A stretch of DNA of 64,000 bases, from positions 2,127-66,126 of the forward strand of contig JBBTQL010000006.1 of the NCBI GenBank assembly GCA_038065715.1, in the 5' to 3' direction. Position 1 is the stretch's first letter. Every line of letters starts with the position of its first letter. This DNA is from Patescibacteria group bacterium (lineage in GTDB: Bacteria > Patescibacteriota > Minisyncoccia > Minisyncoccales > Staskawiczbacteraceae). Both the position numbers and the translations under genes were made by a program. The notes beneath the pieces were generated by a model. The model worked only from the letters and a program-made list of their open reading frames with translations. It was not told the DNA's origin and did no database searches. Positions 44,479-54,626 of this stretch are shown here, in pieces.

Positions 44479-45741
44479 TTGGCAGATAAATTTGTAATTA
44501 AGGGGCGAAAAACTCTTTCAGGAGAAATAGAAGTCAGGGGTTCAAAAAATGCAGCAGGGCCTGTTTTGGCAGCCTGTCTTTTAACCGAAAAAGAGTGTGT
44601 GATAGAAAATCTTCCTTTAATAGAAGATATTTTTAATATACTGGAGGTTTTGAAAAGTATGGGAGTTAAGGTTGAAAATATCGGAGAGAGAAAAGTAAAA
44701 ATTATTGCAGACTCTCTTGATGTTGAAAAAATAGATTTTGAAAAAATTTCAAAAACAAGAATTTCAGTTTTATTATTTGGAAGCTTACTGCACAGGATAA
44801 AGCATTTTAAAATCGGGGCGCCAGGCGGAGACAGAATTGGCCTAAGGCCAATTTCAGTGCACTTGAAAGCGTTAGAAAAATTAGGGGCAAGAATTAAAAG
44901 AGAAAATGGTTTCTATGAAGTTGATTGCGAAAAGCTTAAAGGAACTGAAATTATTTTGGAGGAATTTTCAGTTACTGCCACTGAAAATGTTATGCTGGCA
45001 GCTGTTTTAGCAGAGGGGAAAACAATAATAAAGGGAGCTGCTTGTGAACCCCATGTGCAAGATTTAGGAAAAATGTTGGAAGCAATGGGAGCTAAAATAA
45101 ACGGAGTTGGAACTCATACAATTGAAATTGAAGGAGTAAAAAGCTTAAATGGCGTTTTACATTCTATTATTTCTGATCCGATAGAGGCGGCAACGTTTAT
45201 TGTTTTGGGAGCTGTTGTTCCTGGTAAAATTATTATAAAAAATGTAGACTTCGATTATCTGGACTTATTTTTAGAAAAGCTTTCTTCAATGGGGGTTAAA
45301 TTTGAAAAAGGAAAAAATGAGATAACAGTTTTTTATGCTCCAGATTTAGAGCATACTAAAATTCAGGCATTGCCTTGCCCGGGATTTCCAACAGATTTTT
45401 TGCCTGTGGTTATTCCATTGCTGACGCAGGCGAAAGGAAAGAGTTTGGTGCACGATCCTTTATATGAAAGCAGGTTTAATTATGTGCAAGAGCTAAGAAA
45501 AATGGGCGCTGACATAGAAATAGTTGATCCTCATAGGGCGTTTGTATTCGGCCCAGTAAAACTAATTGGATCGAATATTGCATCGTGGGATATTAGGGCT
45601 GGAGCTTGTTTGGTTATTGCAGGATTAATGGCTGAAGGCGAAACTGTTATTGATAACGTTTTTCAAATTGACAGAGGGTATGAAAAGATAGAGGAGCGTT
45701 TACAGAAATTGGGAGCAGACATTAAGCGCGTAAACGCTTAA
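44479..45741 (+). CDS. murA: UDP-N-acetylglucosamine 1-carboxyvinyltransferase
   Basis: TTG start. FVIKGRKTLSGEIEVRGSKNAAGPVL...; EPSP-synthase-fold repeats. Confidence 0.9.
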   Translation: MADKFVIKGRKTLSGEIEVRGSKNAAGPVLAACLLTEKECVIENLPLIEDIFNILEVLKSMGVKVENIGERKVKIIADSLDVEKIDFEKISKTRISVLLFGSLLHRIKHFKIGAPGGDRIGLRPISVHLKALEKLGARIKRENGFYEVDCEKLKGTEIILEEFSVTATENVMLAAVLAEGKTIIKGAACEPHVQDLGKMLEAMGAKINGVGTHTIEIEGVKSLNGVLHSIISDPIEAATFIVLGAVVPGKIIIKNVDFDYLDLFLEKLSSMGVKFEKGKNEITVFYAPDLEHTKIQALPCPGFPTDFLPVVIPLLTQAKGKSLVHDPLYESRFNYVQELRKMGADIEIVDPHRAFVFGPVKLIGSNIASWDIRAGACLVIAGLMAEGETVIDNVFQIDRGYEKIEERLQKLGADIKRVNA

Positions 45742-45765
45742 ATCTTAAATTAAAAATTAGTTTTT

Positions 45766-46773
45766 ATGTTTAACTCAAAAATTGCAATTGATTTAGGAAC
45801 CTGCAACTCTCTGGTTTATGTCCAGGGCAAGGGGATAGTTTTACACGAGCCTTCGGTTGTTGCTATTTCTTTAACTGACAACAAAATTTTAGCAGTTGGC
45901 GCGCGGGCAAAAGAAATGATAGGCCGCACGCCAGATGACATTAGAGTTTACAGGCCGTTAAAAGACGGGGTTATAGCTGATTATAAAGTAACGCAGGCAA
46001 TGATACGTTATTTTATTGCAAAAACAGCAAGCAGATTCAGGTTTTTTAAACCAGAATTAGTGATATCTGTTCCTGCTGGAATTACCAGCACTGAAAGAAG
46101 GGCTGTTATTGAGGCGGCTCTGTCTTCTGGAGCCAAGCAGGCTTTTGTGGCAAAAGAGCCAATATTGGCTGCAATTGGAGCTGGCATACCAATTAACTCG
46201 TGTTCAGGCCATATGGTAATTGATATTGGCGGAGGCACTTCAGAAGTTGCTGTTATTTCGCTTGGCGGAATTGTAACTTCTCATTCTGTAAGGGTGGCTG
46301 GCGACAAAATAGATACAGCTATAGCCGAATATATAAAAAAGAAATATAATTTGGCTATTGGCACGCAATCAGCAGAAGAAATAAAAATAAAAATTGGCAC
46401 AGCGCTTCCTCAAAGAGAACCAAAGTATTTGGAAATTCAGGGAAGAGATTTAATTTTAGGTTTACCAAGAAATATTAAAATATCAAGCAATGAAGTTTGC
46501 GAGGCAATTTCTGATGTTTTGGTTGAAATAGTGCAAGCCGCTAAAATTGTTTTATCTGAAACACCGCCAGAGCTTTCTGCTGATATAATGAATAAAGGAA
46601 TTGTTGTTGCCGGCGGCGGAGCGCTTTTGCCAAAAATAAATGAATTGATTGCTCAAAGCACAGGAGTGCCATGTTTTGTTGCAGAAGAGCCGCTGTTCTG
46701 CGTAGTAAAGGGAACAGGATTGGTTTTAGAGCATTTAGAGGAGTATAAAAAAGTGGTAATGAGTAAAAAATAA
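45766..46773 (+). CDS. mreB: Rod shape-determining protein MreB (paralog 1)
   Basis: IAIDLGTCNSLVYV, VIDIGGGTSEVAVISLGG, VVAGGGALL. Confidence 0.9.
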   Translation: MFNSKIAIDLGTCNSLVYVQGKGIVLHEPSVVAISLTDNKILAVGARAKEMIGRTPDDIRVYRPLKDGVIADYKVTQAMIRYFIAKTASRFRFFKPELVISVPAGITSTERRAVIEAALSSGAKQAFVAKEPILAAIGAGIPINSCSGHMVIDIGGGTSEVAVISLGGIVTSHSVRVAGDKIDTAIAEYIKKKYNLAIGTQSAEEIKIKIGTALPQREPKYLEIQGRDLILGLPRNIKISSNEVCEAISDVLVEIVQAAKIVLSETPPELSADIMNKGIVVAGGGALLPKINELIAQSTGVPCFVAEEPLFCVVKGTGLVLEHLEEYKKVVMSKK

Positions 46774-46779
46774 CTTTTT

Positions 46780-47682
46780 ATGTTAGTTGGGCATAGCAAA
46801 CAATGGGAGTTTTTAAAGAAAAAGCTTGAACAAAATCAGCTTTCACATGCTTATTTGTTTTCTGGCCAAAATGGAATAGGCAAAAAAACTTTTGTAATAG
46901 AATTTGTAAAATATATAAATTGCCTTGCCTCGCAGAAGCCCCGCCTTGGCGGGGCGGAGGCGGGTCAAATAAATGCAAAAATACCTTGCCAAAAGTGCGC
47001 AAATTGCCTAATGATAGAAAAAAACAGTTTTCCGGATTTAACGGTTTTATCGCCAAATGGAAAAGATGAGAAATTCGGAGATGGAGGCGAAATAAAAATT
47101 TCCAGAATCAGGGAGGCGCAAAATTTTTTAAGCTATAAATCGTATTACGGCTCTTTTAAATCTGTTATCATTGACTGCGCAGAAAGCATGAATCAAGAGG
47201 CGCAAAGCTGTTTATTAAAAACTTTAGAAGAGCCAAAAGGGAAAACACTGATTTTTTTAATTTCTTCAAGGCCAGAAATAATTCTGCCGACAATTTTTTC
47301 AAGATGCCAGCAAATAAAGTTTTTTTGGGGCAAAAATTTGCCAGAAAATTTAGAAAAAAAAGAAATAGAGAAAGAAATTTTAAACAGCTTGATTCCTGTT
47401 TTAAATTCTAATCTTTCAGAAAAGTTTAAATTTGTAAAATCCATTGATGCAGAAAAGCAAAAAATTGAAGACATTATAAAGGTTGCGCAGAAATATTTAA
47501 GGCATTTATTGCTTGCAAAAATAGGCATAGAGAAATTTGATGTTAAAGACGGAGTTTTTGCAAAGTATTCAATTGGCGATTTAAAAAGAGTATTAAATTT
47601 GGCAGAAGCAATAAACAGAGAATTAACGTTTACCAATGCCAGCCCTAAATTGGCATTGGAAATATTATTAATGGAAACATAA
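46780..47682 (+). CDS. holB: DNA polymerase III subunit delta'
   Basis: HAYLFSGQNGIGKKT. Zinc module C..(insert)..CQKCANC. SRCQ. Confidence 0.8.
   Translation: MLVGHSKQWEFLKKKLEQNQLSHAYLFSGQNGIGKKTFVIEFVKYINCLASQKPRLGGAEAGQINAKIPCQKCANCLMIEKNSFPDLTVLSPNGKDEKFGDGGEIKISRIREAQNFLSYKSYYGSFKSVIIDCAESMNQEAQSCLLKTLEEPKGKTLIFLISSRPEIILPTIFSRCQQIKFFWGKNLPENLEKKEIEKEILNSLIPVLNSNLSEKFKFVKSIDAEKQKIEDIIKVAQKYLRHLLLAKIGIEKFDVKDGVFAKYSIGDLKRVLNLAEAINRELTFTNASPKLALEILLMET
46926..46964. repeat. GC-rich hairpin, in frame in holB
   Basis: gccccgcc ttg gcggggc plus flanks, encoding SQKPRLGGAEAGQ inside the zinc-module loop. Confidence 0.7.
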
Positions 47683-47688
47683 AAATAT

Positions 47689-48243
47689 ATGTCGTATAAA
47701 GAATTTATCGACAAAGCCAGGCCAGAGTTTGAAAAGGCTTTAAAATTTTTAGAGAACGAAATTGCGAAAATACGTACATCAAGAGCATCTCCTTCGCTGG
47801 TTGAAGATATAGAAGTTAATGCTTTTGGCTCAAAGTTTGCCTTAAAGCAATTGGGGGCCATTTCTGCGCCACAAACAAACCAGATTGTTATTCAGCCATG
47901 GGATATTTCTTATATTGAACCGATAGAAAAAGCCATTTCTCAGTCTGGATTAGGCATGTCATCGGCCGTTGATAAAAATGTTATAAGAATCGGCTTGCCG
48001 CTTTTAACAGAAGAATACAGGCAAGGCTTAATTAAAATTTTAAATGAAAAGGGCGAGCAGGCAAGGCAGACAATAAGGCATTGCAGAGAAGACGCATGGA
48101 ATAAAATTCAGGACGCTTTTAAAGAAAAAAATATTTCAGAAGACGATAAATTTCGCGGAAAAGACGAACTGCAAAAATTGATTGACGAATACAACGAAAA
48201 AATAAAAAATTTAATTGAAAAGAAAAAAAACGAAGTAGCTTAA
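47689..48243 (+). CDS. frr: Ribosome recycling factor
   Basis: Typical length and motifs (IRTSRASPSLVEDIEV, NVIRIGLPLLTEE). Confidence 0.95.
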   Translation: MSYKEFIDKARPEFEKALKFLENEIAKIRTSRASPSLVEDIEVNAFGSKFALKQLGAISAPQTNQIVIQPWDISYIEPIEKAISQSGLGMSSAVDKNVIRIGLPLLTEEYRQGLIKILNEKGEQARQTIRHCREDAWNKIQDAFKEKNISEDDKFRGKDELQKLIDEYNEKIKNLIEKKKNEVA

Positions 48244-48262
48244 AAATTAAAGATTTCATCAA

Positions 48263-49417
48263 ATGTTATCAACAATTTTAACTTTAGTCATTGCTTTTTT
48301 AAGTTTAATTGCTTTAATGATAATCCACGAATTTGGACATTTTATAATAGCCAAAAAATTTGGCGTTAAAGTTGAAGAATTTGGAGTAGGATATCCTCCA
48401 AGAATTATCGGAAAAAAATTTGGCGATACAATTTATTCTATAAACTGGATTCCATTAGGCGCTTTTGTCAGGATTTACGGCGAAGAAGGAGGGTTGGATG
48501 ATTATAGGAGTTTTTCTAGTTTAGCCATATGGAAAAGAGTTTTAATCGTTATTGGTGGAGTTGCTGCTTTTTGGCTGGCCAGCATAATTATTTTTTCTGT
48601 TGTTTTTGGCATAGGAGCTGATATTCCCGTGGGAGATCAAGACTTGCAAGGTTTAACCAATGCAAGAGTTATAATTGTATCTGTGTCTTATAATTCTCCA
48701 GCAGAGAAAGCAGGATTAAAAGCGGGAGATGTTTTATTGGGCGCTAAAAGCAATAAATATGAAAGCGCAAATGCGGGCACTGAAGAAACAAAAATAGATA
48801 AAGTAAAGGATATTCAAGATTTCTCAAAAAGCCATGCTTCAGAACAAATTAAATTGTCTATTAAAAGGGGCGATAAAACATTAGAAGTTTCTCTTTCGCC
48901 AAGGGCCGAGTATCCTGAAGGAGAAGGGTCAATTGGAGTTGGCTTAGAAAGAATGGCAACTTTAATTCAAAAATATCCGTGGTATCAAGCTCCTATTCAG
49001 GGAACAATTTATTGCTGGGATATTACAGTAAAATCAGCGCAGGGATTATATGACGTTTTTAAAAATATTTTTTCAGGCAAAGGGGTTCCGCAGGGAGCTG
49101 AACTGGCAGGTCCTTTGGGAATTACTATATTTTTAGCAAGGGCTGTGGATTATGGAGTTGGATTTTTTCTGTATTTTATAGGATCTATTTCTGTTTTTAT
49201 TGCCATATTTAATTTGTTTCCAATTCCGGCTTTAGACGGAGGAAAACTGTTGTTTTTGCTTATTGAAAAAATAAAGGGCAGGCCGGTTTCTGCCAAAACA
49301 GAGCAAACAATAACTGCAATATTTTTCTTTTTGCTTATTGCAATGTCTATTTTTGTCACAATAAAATTTGACATCCCGCGTTTTACAGAATTTTTAAAAT
49401 CATCATTGCAAAAATAA
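48263..49417 (+). CDS. rseP: RIP metalloprotease RseP (site-2 protease, M50)
   Basis: HEFGHF zinc motif. PDZ-like middle region. NLFPIPALDGG. Confidence 0.85.
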   Translation: MLSTILTLVIAFLSLIALMIIHEFGHFIIAKKFGVKVEEFGVGYPPRIIGKKFGDTIYSINWIPLGAFVRIYGEEGGLDDYRSFSSLAIWKRVLIVIGGVAAFWLASIIIFSVVFGIGADIPVGDQDLQGLTNARVIIVSVSYNSPAEKAGLKAGDVLLGAKSNKYESANAGTEETKIDKVKDIQDFSKSHASEQIKLSIKRGDKTLEVSLSPRAEYPEGEGSIGVGLERMATLIQKYPWYQAPIQGTIYCWDITVKSAQGLYDVFKNIFSGKGVPQGAELAGPLGITIFLARAVDYGVGFFLYFIGSISVFIAIFNLFPIPALDGGKLLFLLIEKIKGRPVSAKTEQTITAIFFFLLIAMSIFVTIKFDIPRFTEFLKSSLQK

Positions 49418-49432
49418 TTTATATATAACAAT

Positions 49433-50704
49433 ATGTTGCAATCAAAATTGTTTTATAAAACAGATAAACCTGCCCGCAGCGGCTTCGCCGCAGGCGATGC
49501 AGGCGGGGAAAAGTCAGCAATTTCCCACGATTTGCTGGCGCGGGCTGGGTTTGTTGACCAGCTAATGGCTGGAGTTTATAGTTTTTTGCCCTTGGGGTTT
49601 TTGGTTCTGCAGAAAATTGAAAATATAATCAGAAAAAATATGTTGGAGGCCGATGGACAGGAAATTTTAATGCCGGCATTAAATCCAAAAGAAAATTGGC
49701 AAAAAACAGGCAGATGGGATAATTTAGATATACTTTTTAAATTAAAAGGCAATGGCGATAAAGATTATGCTTTGGCTCCAACGCACGAAGAAGTTGTGGT
49801 GCCTTTAGCTAAAAAAATTATTTTTTCGCATAAAGATTTGCCGTTGTCTATTTTTCAATTTCAGACCAAATTTAGAAATGAGTTAAGGGCGAAATCTGGA
49901 ATTTTAAGGACAAGAGAATTTTTAATGAAAGATTTATATTCTTTTCATTCTACGGAAAGGGACTTAGATAAGTATTACGACAAAATGATAAAGATATATA
50001 TGAATATTTTTAAAGAATGCGGCATTGGTAAAAATACTTACCAAACATTGGCCTCTGGCGGAAGTTTTTCTAAGTACTCAGACGAATTTCAAACAACAAC
50101 AGAAGCAGGAGAAGACATAATTTATATCTGCAAAAAATGTAAGTTGGCAATTAATAAAGAAATTAAGCCAGAAAATTCGGTTTGTCCAAAATGCGGCGCA
50201 GGCGAGTTTGACGAAAAAAAAGCTGTTGAAGCAGGAAATATTTTTAAGCTGGGGACAAAATATTCTTTGCCATTTGATTTAAAATTTAGGGATAAAGACG
50301 GCCATGAAAAAGATGTTATTATGGGGTGTTTTGGAATTGGGTTAGGAAGATTATTGGGGACAATTGTTGAGATAAATCATGATGACAAAGGAATTATTTG
50401 GCCAAAATCAGTTGCCCCGTTTTTAGTCCATTTAATAGAAATTAAATCTGATAAAAAAAATATAAAGGCCACAGCAAATAAAATTTATCAAGAATTGAAA
50501 AAAAATGGTATTCAGGTATTATACGATGATAGGCAAGATAAATCAGCTGGAGAAAAATTTGCAGAAGCCGATTTAATGGGTATTCCTTTTAGGGTTGTGG
50601 TTTCAGAGAAAACATTAGCGAAAAATTCTGTTGAAGTAAAAGAAAGAAATAAAAATACAGCGAGATTAATAAAAATAAAACAATTATCAAAAATTTTAAA
50701 GTAA
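49433..50704 (+). CDS. proS: Proline--tRNA ligase, short form lacking the INS editing domain (small CxxC...CxxC insert instead)
   Basis: Class II motifs (FRNELRAKSGILRTREF, GCFGIGLGRL). CKKCKLA...CPKCG. C-terminal anticodon-binding domain. Confidence 0.9.
   Translation: MLQSKLFYKTDKPARSGFAAGDAGGEKSAISHDLLARAGFVDQLMAGVYSFLPLGFLVLQKIENIIRKNMLEADGQEILMPALNPKENWQKTGRWDNLDILFKLKGNGDKDYALAPTHEEVVVPLAKKIIFSHKDLPLSIFQFQTKFRNELRAKSGILRTREFLMKDLYSFHSTERDLDKYYDKMIKIYMNIFKECGIGKNTYQTLASGGSFSKYSDEFQTTTEAGEDIIYICKKCKLAINKEIKPENSVCPKCGAGEFDEKKAVEAGNIFKLGTKYSLPFDLKFRDKDGHEKDVIMGCFGIGLGRLLGTIVEINHDDKGIIWPKSVAPFLVHLIEIKSDKKNIKATANKIYQELKKNGIQVLYDDRQDKSAGEKFAEADLMGIPFRVVVSEKTLAKNSVEVKERNKNTARLIKIKQLSKILK
49469..49508. 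repeat. GC-rich nested hairpin, in frame in proS
   Basis: cctgcccgcagcggcttcgccgcaggcgatgcaggcgggg, encoding PARSGFAAGDAGG before the conserved SH..L..AG motif. Confidence 0.7.
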
Positions 50705-51766
50705 ATGTTTAAAAAACTTTTTTCATTTTTGTCAGTAGATATGGCGATTGATTTGGGTACTGCCAACTCTTTGGTTTACGTAAAAGACAGGGGAATAATT
50801 ATAAATGAGCCGTCTGTTGTTGCTGTTAATAACAAAACAGGCCAAATTTTAGCTATTGGAGAAGAAGCAAAAAAAATGGTTGGCCGCACGCCTTCCTATA
50901 TTACTGCTACAAGGCCATTGGTTAATGGAGTTATTTCTGACTTTGAGGTCACAGAGCAGATGTTAAAATATTTTATTGAAAAAGCGGCTTCGGGCAGTAA
51001 AAAAATGTTTGGAATAGGCCACATGCCAAGAATAATAATTGGAATTCCTTGCGGAGTTACAGAAGTTGAAAGAAAAGCGGTAAGGGATGCCGCAAAAAAT
51101 GCCGGAGCAAGAACAGTGTTTTTAATTGAAGAGCCTTTGGCTTCAGCTATTGGGGCAAAACTTTCCATTCAAGATGCCGGGGGAAACTTCATAGTTGATA
51201 TTGGCGGAGGGACAACAGAAGTGGCAGTTATTTCGCTTGGCGGAATAGTTGCTTTTAGGTCTTTAAGAATTGCCGGAGACAAGCTTAATGACGATATTGT
51301 GCAATTTGCCCAAAAAGAATATAAGTTATTAATTGGCGAAAGAACAGCTGAACTTATTAAAATAAATATTGGTTCTGCTATGCCCCTAAAAGAAAAGAAA
51401 GAAATGCCTATGCGGGGAAGAAATTTAGTTACAGGTTTGCCCGAAGAAGTTGTTATTTTTAATGATGACGTCCAAAGAGCTTTGGAAAGATCGGTAAAAC
51501 AGATATTAGCTGCTATTAAAGTGACAATTGAAGAAACTCCTCCAGAGCTTTTGGCAGATGTAATGACAAATGGCATTTATTTGGCTGGCGGAGGCAGTTT
51601 GCTGAGAGGATTGGATGCTTTAATTTCAAAAGAAACAAAAATGCCATGTAAAATTATTGATGATCCATTAACCTCGGTTGTAAGGGGAGCTGGAATGGCT
51701 TTGGAAAACCTTGAAACATTATCTGAAGTAATGTCAAAAGACGAAGACAGCGGCTTATTTGCGTGA
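50705..51766 (+). CDS. mreB: Rod shape-determining protein MreB (paralog 2)
   Basis: MAIDLGTANSLVYV, IVDIGGGTTEVAVISLGG, YLAGGGSLLRGL. Confidence 0.9.
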   Translation: MFKKLFSFLSVDMAIDLGTANSLVYVKDRGIIINEPSVVAVNNKTGQILAIGEEAKKMVGRTPSYITATRPLVNGVISDFEVTEQMLKYFIEKAASGSKKMFGIGHMPRIIIGIPCGVTEVERKAVRDAAKNAGARTVFLIEEPLASAIGAKLSIQDAGGNFIVDIGGGTTEVAVISLGGIVAFRSLRIAGDKLNDDIVQFAQKEYKLLIGERTAELIKINIGSAMPLKEKKEMPMRGRNLVTGLPEEVVIFNDDVQRALERSVKQILAAIKVTIEETPPELLADVMTNGIYLAGGGSLLRGLDALISKETKMPCKIIDDPLTSVVRGAGMALENLETLSEVMSKDEDSGLFA

Positions 51767-51786
51767 AATTTGTATTTTTAAATTTT

Positions 51787-52062
51787 ATGCTTAGCAAAGA
51801 CGAAGTAAAACGTATTGCAAAGTTGGCGCGGTTGGAATTAACTGAAAAGGAAATAGAAAAAATGCAGAAAGATATGTCTGCGATTTTGGATTATTTTGAT
51901 TTGTTAAAAAAAGCCCCGAAGGTAAAAGTTGAAGCCGCCTCCACCAAGGCTTCGGCGAGCCGAAGAGATGAGGTAGTTTCCAGCCACAATATAAGAGATG
52001 AGCTAATTACTGCAGCTCCCTGTAAAAAAGATGATTACATTAAAGTTAAAACAATATTATAA
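51787..52062 (+). CDS. gatC: Asp/Glu-tRNA amidotransferase subunit C
   Basis: [20 protein letters not shown]. Directly upstream of gatA. The ATG at 51787 is preferred over 51763. Confidence 0.85.
   Translation: MLSKDEVKRIAKLARLELTEKEIEKMQKDMSAILDYFDLLKKAPKVKVEAASTKASASRRDEVVSSHNIRDELITAAPCKKDDYIKVKTIL
51931..51965 (+). repeat. GC-rich element family 2, in frame in gatC
   Basis: gaagccgcctccaccaaggcttcggcgagccgaag, encoding [12 protein letters not shown]. Confidence 0.75.
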
Positions 52063-53510
52063 TGGATTTAACAGAGTTAGCAATTAAAGAAGCGCACGAA
52101 GGATTAAAAAAGGGAGAATTTACTTCTGTTGATTTAACAAAAGCATATTTAGATAAAATTAAAAAAAATAATAAAAAAGTAAACGCTTATTTATCTGTGA
52201 CCGAAAATTTGGCGTTGGAAATGGCAGAGGAAGCGGATAGAAAAATAAAATCAGGAACTTTAGAAATGTTAACAGGAATTCCTTGTGCCATAAAAGACGC
52301 AATTTTAGTTGAGGGGGAAAAATGCACAGCTGGTTCAAAAATTTTAGAGAATTATATTGCTCCTTACGACGCAACAGTTATTAAAAAATTAAAGGAGCAG
52401 GGAGCTGTTATTTTAGGAAAAACAAATTTAGATGAGTTTGCAATGGGTTCGTCTACTGAAAATTCGGCATTCAGCGCGACAAAAAATCCGCACGATAAAA
52501 CAAGAGTTGCCGGCGGAAGTTCTGGCGGATCGGCGGCCGCGGTTGCGGCAAATATGGCGGTTTTCGCTTTGGGCTCTGACACTGGAGGTTCAATAAGACA
52601 GCCGGCATCCTTTTGCGGGGTTGTTGGATTATGCCCAACATATGGAGCAGTTTCCCGTTATGGTTTAATTGCCCATGCATCTTCTTTAGACCAAATTGGG
52701 CCTCTTGCTAAGAATGTTGAAGATTGTAAAATTGTTTTTGATGCAATTAAAGGCAAAGATCCGCTTGACGCAACAAGCGTTGAGTTGGGAATACAGAATA
52801 CAGAATTTAAAATTAAGAATTTACGCATTGGGGTTCCAAAAGAATATTTTGCGAAGGGATTGGAAAAAGAAGTAGAAGAAATAATCAGAGAAGCGATAAA
52901 AAAAGCAAAGGACGCAGGCGCTGAAATTATTGAAATAAGTTTACCGAGCTCAGAATACGCCTTGGCTTGTTATTATATAATTGGTCCGTCTGAAATATCA
53001 GCTAATTTGGCAAGATTTGATGGAATAAAATACGGGTTGTCCGAACCAGCGGAAAATCTCTTGGATGTATATTTAAAAACAAGAGGGAGGGGATTTGGAG
53101 TTGAAGTAAAAAGAAGAATTATGTTGGGAACATATAGTTTGTCTTCTGGGTATTATGACGCTTATTATCAAAAAGCCCAGGAAGTTAGAGAATTGATAAA
53201 GCAGGATTTTAAAGAGGTATTTGTCCCGCCAGGAGCGGGATCCCGCAGTGGCGGGAAAAAAGTTGATTTATTATTTTGCCCCGTTTCACCATTTCCGGCA
53301 TTTAAAATAGGCGAAAAAACAGATGATCCAATGTCTATGTATTTAGCTGATATTTATACTATTCCTTTAAAATTAGCAGGATTGCCCGGAATTTCTGTTC
53401 CTGTTGGAAAAATTAAAAGCCTGCCAGTTGGTTTGCAGATAATTGGAAATCATTTTGAAGAAGATAAAATTTTTAGTATAGCATCGCAAATAGAAAATAT
53501 GGTAAAATAA
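52062..53510 (+). CDS. gatA: Glutamyl-tRNA(Gln) amidotransferase subunit A
   Basis: Amidase signature [13 protein letters not shown]...[12 protein letters not shown]. Confidence 0.95.
   Translation: MDLTELAIKEAHEGLKKGEFTSVDLTKAYLDKIKKNNKKVNAYLSVTENLALEMAEEADRKIKSGTLEMLTGIPCAIKDAILVEGEKCTAGSKILENYIAPYDATVIKKLKEQGAVILGKTNLDEFAMGSSTENSAFSATKNPHDKTRVAGGSSGGSAAAVAANMAVFALGSDTGGSIRQPASFCGVVGLCPTYGAVSRYGLIAHASSLDQIGPLAKNVEDCKIVFDAIKGKDPLDATSVELGIQNTEFKIKNLRIGVPKEYFAKGLEKEVEEIIREAIKKAKDAGAEIIEISLPSSEYALACYYIIGPSEISANLARFDGIKYGLSEPAENLLDVYLKTRGRGFGVEVKRRIMLGTYSLSSGYYDAYYQKAQEVRELIKQDFKEVFVPPGAGSRSGGKKVDLLFCPVSPFPAFKIGEKTDDPMSMYLADIYTIPLKLAGLPGISVPVGKIKSLPVGLQIIGNHFEEDKIFSIASQIENMVK
53224..53256. repeat. 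33-nt GC-rich nested palindrome, in frame in gatA
   Basis: tcccgcc aggagcggga tcccgcagt ggcggga, encoding [10 protein letters not shown]. Confidence 0.8.
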
Positions 53511-53514
53511 AATA

Positions 53515-54057
53515 ATGACGTGGATTGATTTTTACAATTTTCTTGGAATAAAAGATTTTATTTATTTTATATCAAATCCCTCTATTCAGGATATGCTTTT
53601 TCCTGTAAAGCTTGTTTTTGTTTCTTTTGCAATGTTTTTTTTGGCAGCTGTTGTGTATTTTATGATGAATTCAAGCTGGCTGAAGTTTAAATTTTTAGAA
53701 GATGTTACAGAGTTTTTTTCCTGGCAGGCTTACGGGTTAAAAGAAATATCCAGGCGCTGGAGCAAAATTCAAAAAAGAATGGATATAGGAGCCGAAAGCG
53801 AATATAAGCTTGCCATAATAGAAGCAGACGATTTTTTAGCTGAGATGTTAGGTGATAGAGACTTTACAGGCAAAACGCCAGATGACTTAATAAAAAATGC
53901 CGGAAGCATAATTGTCCCTAATATGGAAAAAGTTTTAGAGGCGCGCAAAATAAGGAATTCTATAGTATATGATCCGGATTTCAAAATAGACCAAAATCAA
54001 GCCAAAAACATATTGGTAATTTACGAGGCGGCAATTAAAAATGTAGGGTCTTCATAG
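53515..54057 (+). CDS. Hypothetical membrane protein
   Basis: One clear TM helix (VKLVFVSFAMFFLAAVVYFMM). No motif recognised. Confidence 0.5.
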   Translation: MTWIDFYNFLGIKDFIYFISNPSIQDMLFPVKLVFVSFAMFFLAAVVYFMMNSSWLKFKFLEDVTEFFSWQAYGLKEISRRWSKIQKRMDIGAESEYKLAIIEADDFLAEMLGDRDFTGKTPDDLIKNAGSIIVPNMEKVLEARKIRNSIVYDPDFKIDQNQAKNILVIYEAAIKNVGSS

Positions 54058-54166
54058 TTTATCTATAAAGGCCTGTTCCCACAGACCAAAGAATGGTGCT
54101 TAATCCCACCAGGCTTATTAATGTAATCCAAACTATTTTAAAAATTGTTTTTGATTTCATATTATA

Positions 54167-54586
54167 ATGGTAGCAAATTTTAAGAAAAAACAAAAGAACA
54201 GATATTCGGCAAACATTGTTTTTTTTGTTTTCGCCGCGAGCTTGATGCTAACAATAATTCTTTTATTAGTGTTTAAAGATATTGGAATATATAAGAAAAA
54301 AGAAAAACTAAATTCTGAATTTGATAATATAAAAAAACAGATCCAGGAAACAATTAAAAAAAACCAAGAATTAAAACAGGGCATAAGCCAGTCAAATAGT
54401 ATAGATTATTTAGAAAAAGTTGCCAGAGAGCAGTTGAACCTTCAAAAACAGGGAGAAAAAGTTGTGTCCTTCATATTGCCCCAGCAACAGCCAAAAAATG
54501 AAGATAAGCAGCAAAATTTTATGGATATAAAAATTTTTACAGGCTGGTTTAGCAGCGGTTGGGATTGGATAAAAAGCAGATTTTAA
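54167..54586 (+). CDS. Septum formation initiator (FtsB/DivIC-like)
   Basis: N-terminal TM helix, coiled coil, and IDYLEKVAREQLNLQKQGEKVV. Confidence 0.7.
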   Translation: MVANFKKKQKNRYSANIVFFVFAASLMLTIILLLVFKDIGIYKKKEKLNSEFDNIKKQIQETIKKNQELKQGISQSNSIDYLEKVAREQLNLQKQGEKVVSFILPQQQPKNEDKQQNFMDIKIFTGWFSSGWDWIKSRF

Positions 54587-54591
54587 TTTAT

Positions 54592-54626
54592 GCGGGATTA
54601 GTATAGTGGCAGTACATAACCTTCCC
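54592..54626 (+). pseudogene. Orphan 5' half of a tRNA-Gly(CCC)-like gene, broken in the anticodon loop
   Basis: GCGGGAT TA GTAT AGTGGCA GTAC A TAACC TTCCC gives acceptor strand, D-arm, 5' anticodon stem and loop up to CCC. No matching GGTTA, T-arm or ATCCCGC occurs downstream. Confidence 0.45.

Noticed and set aside
47193-47861. 222-aa minus-strand ORF overlapping holB and frr, and similar long antisense ORFs (10684-11136, 27388-27903, 51169-51576)
   Set aside because: They are antisense to well-supported conserved genes. Their Ser/Phe/Ile-rich low-complexity composition is typical of AT-rich antisense frames.
54059-54160. 33-aa minus-strand ORF MKSKTIFKIVWITLISLVGLSTILWSVGTGLYR in the spacer before the ftsB-like gene
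   Set aside because: It is a plausible small hydrophobic peptide, but it has no ribosome-binding site or promoter evidence and is too short to judge without conservation data.
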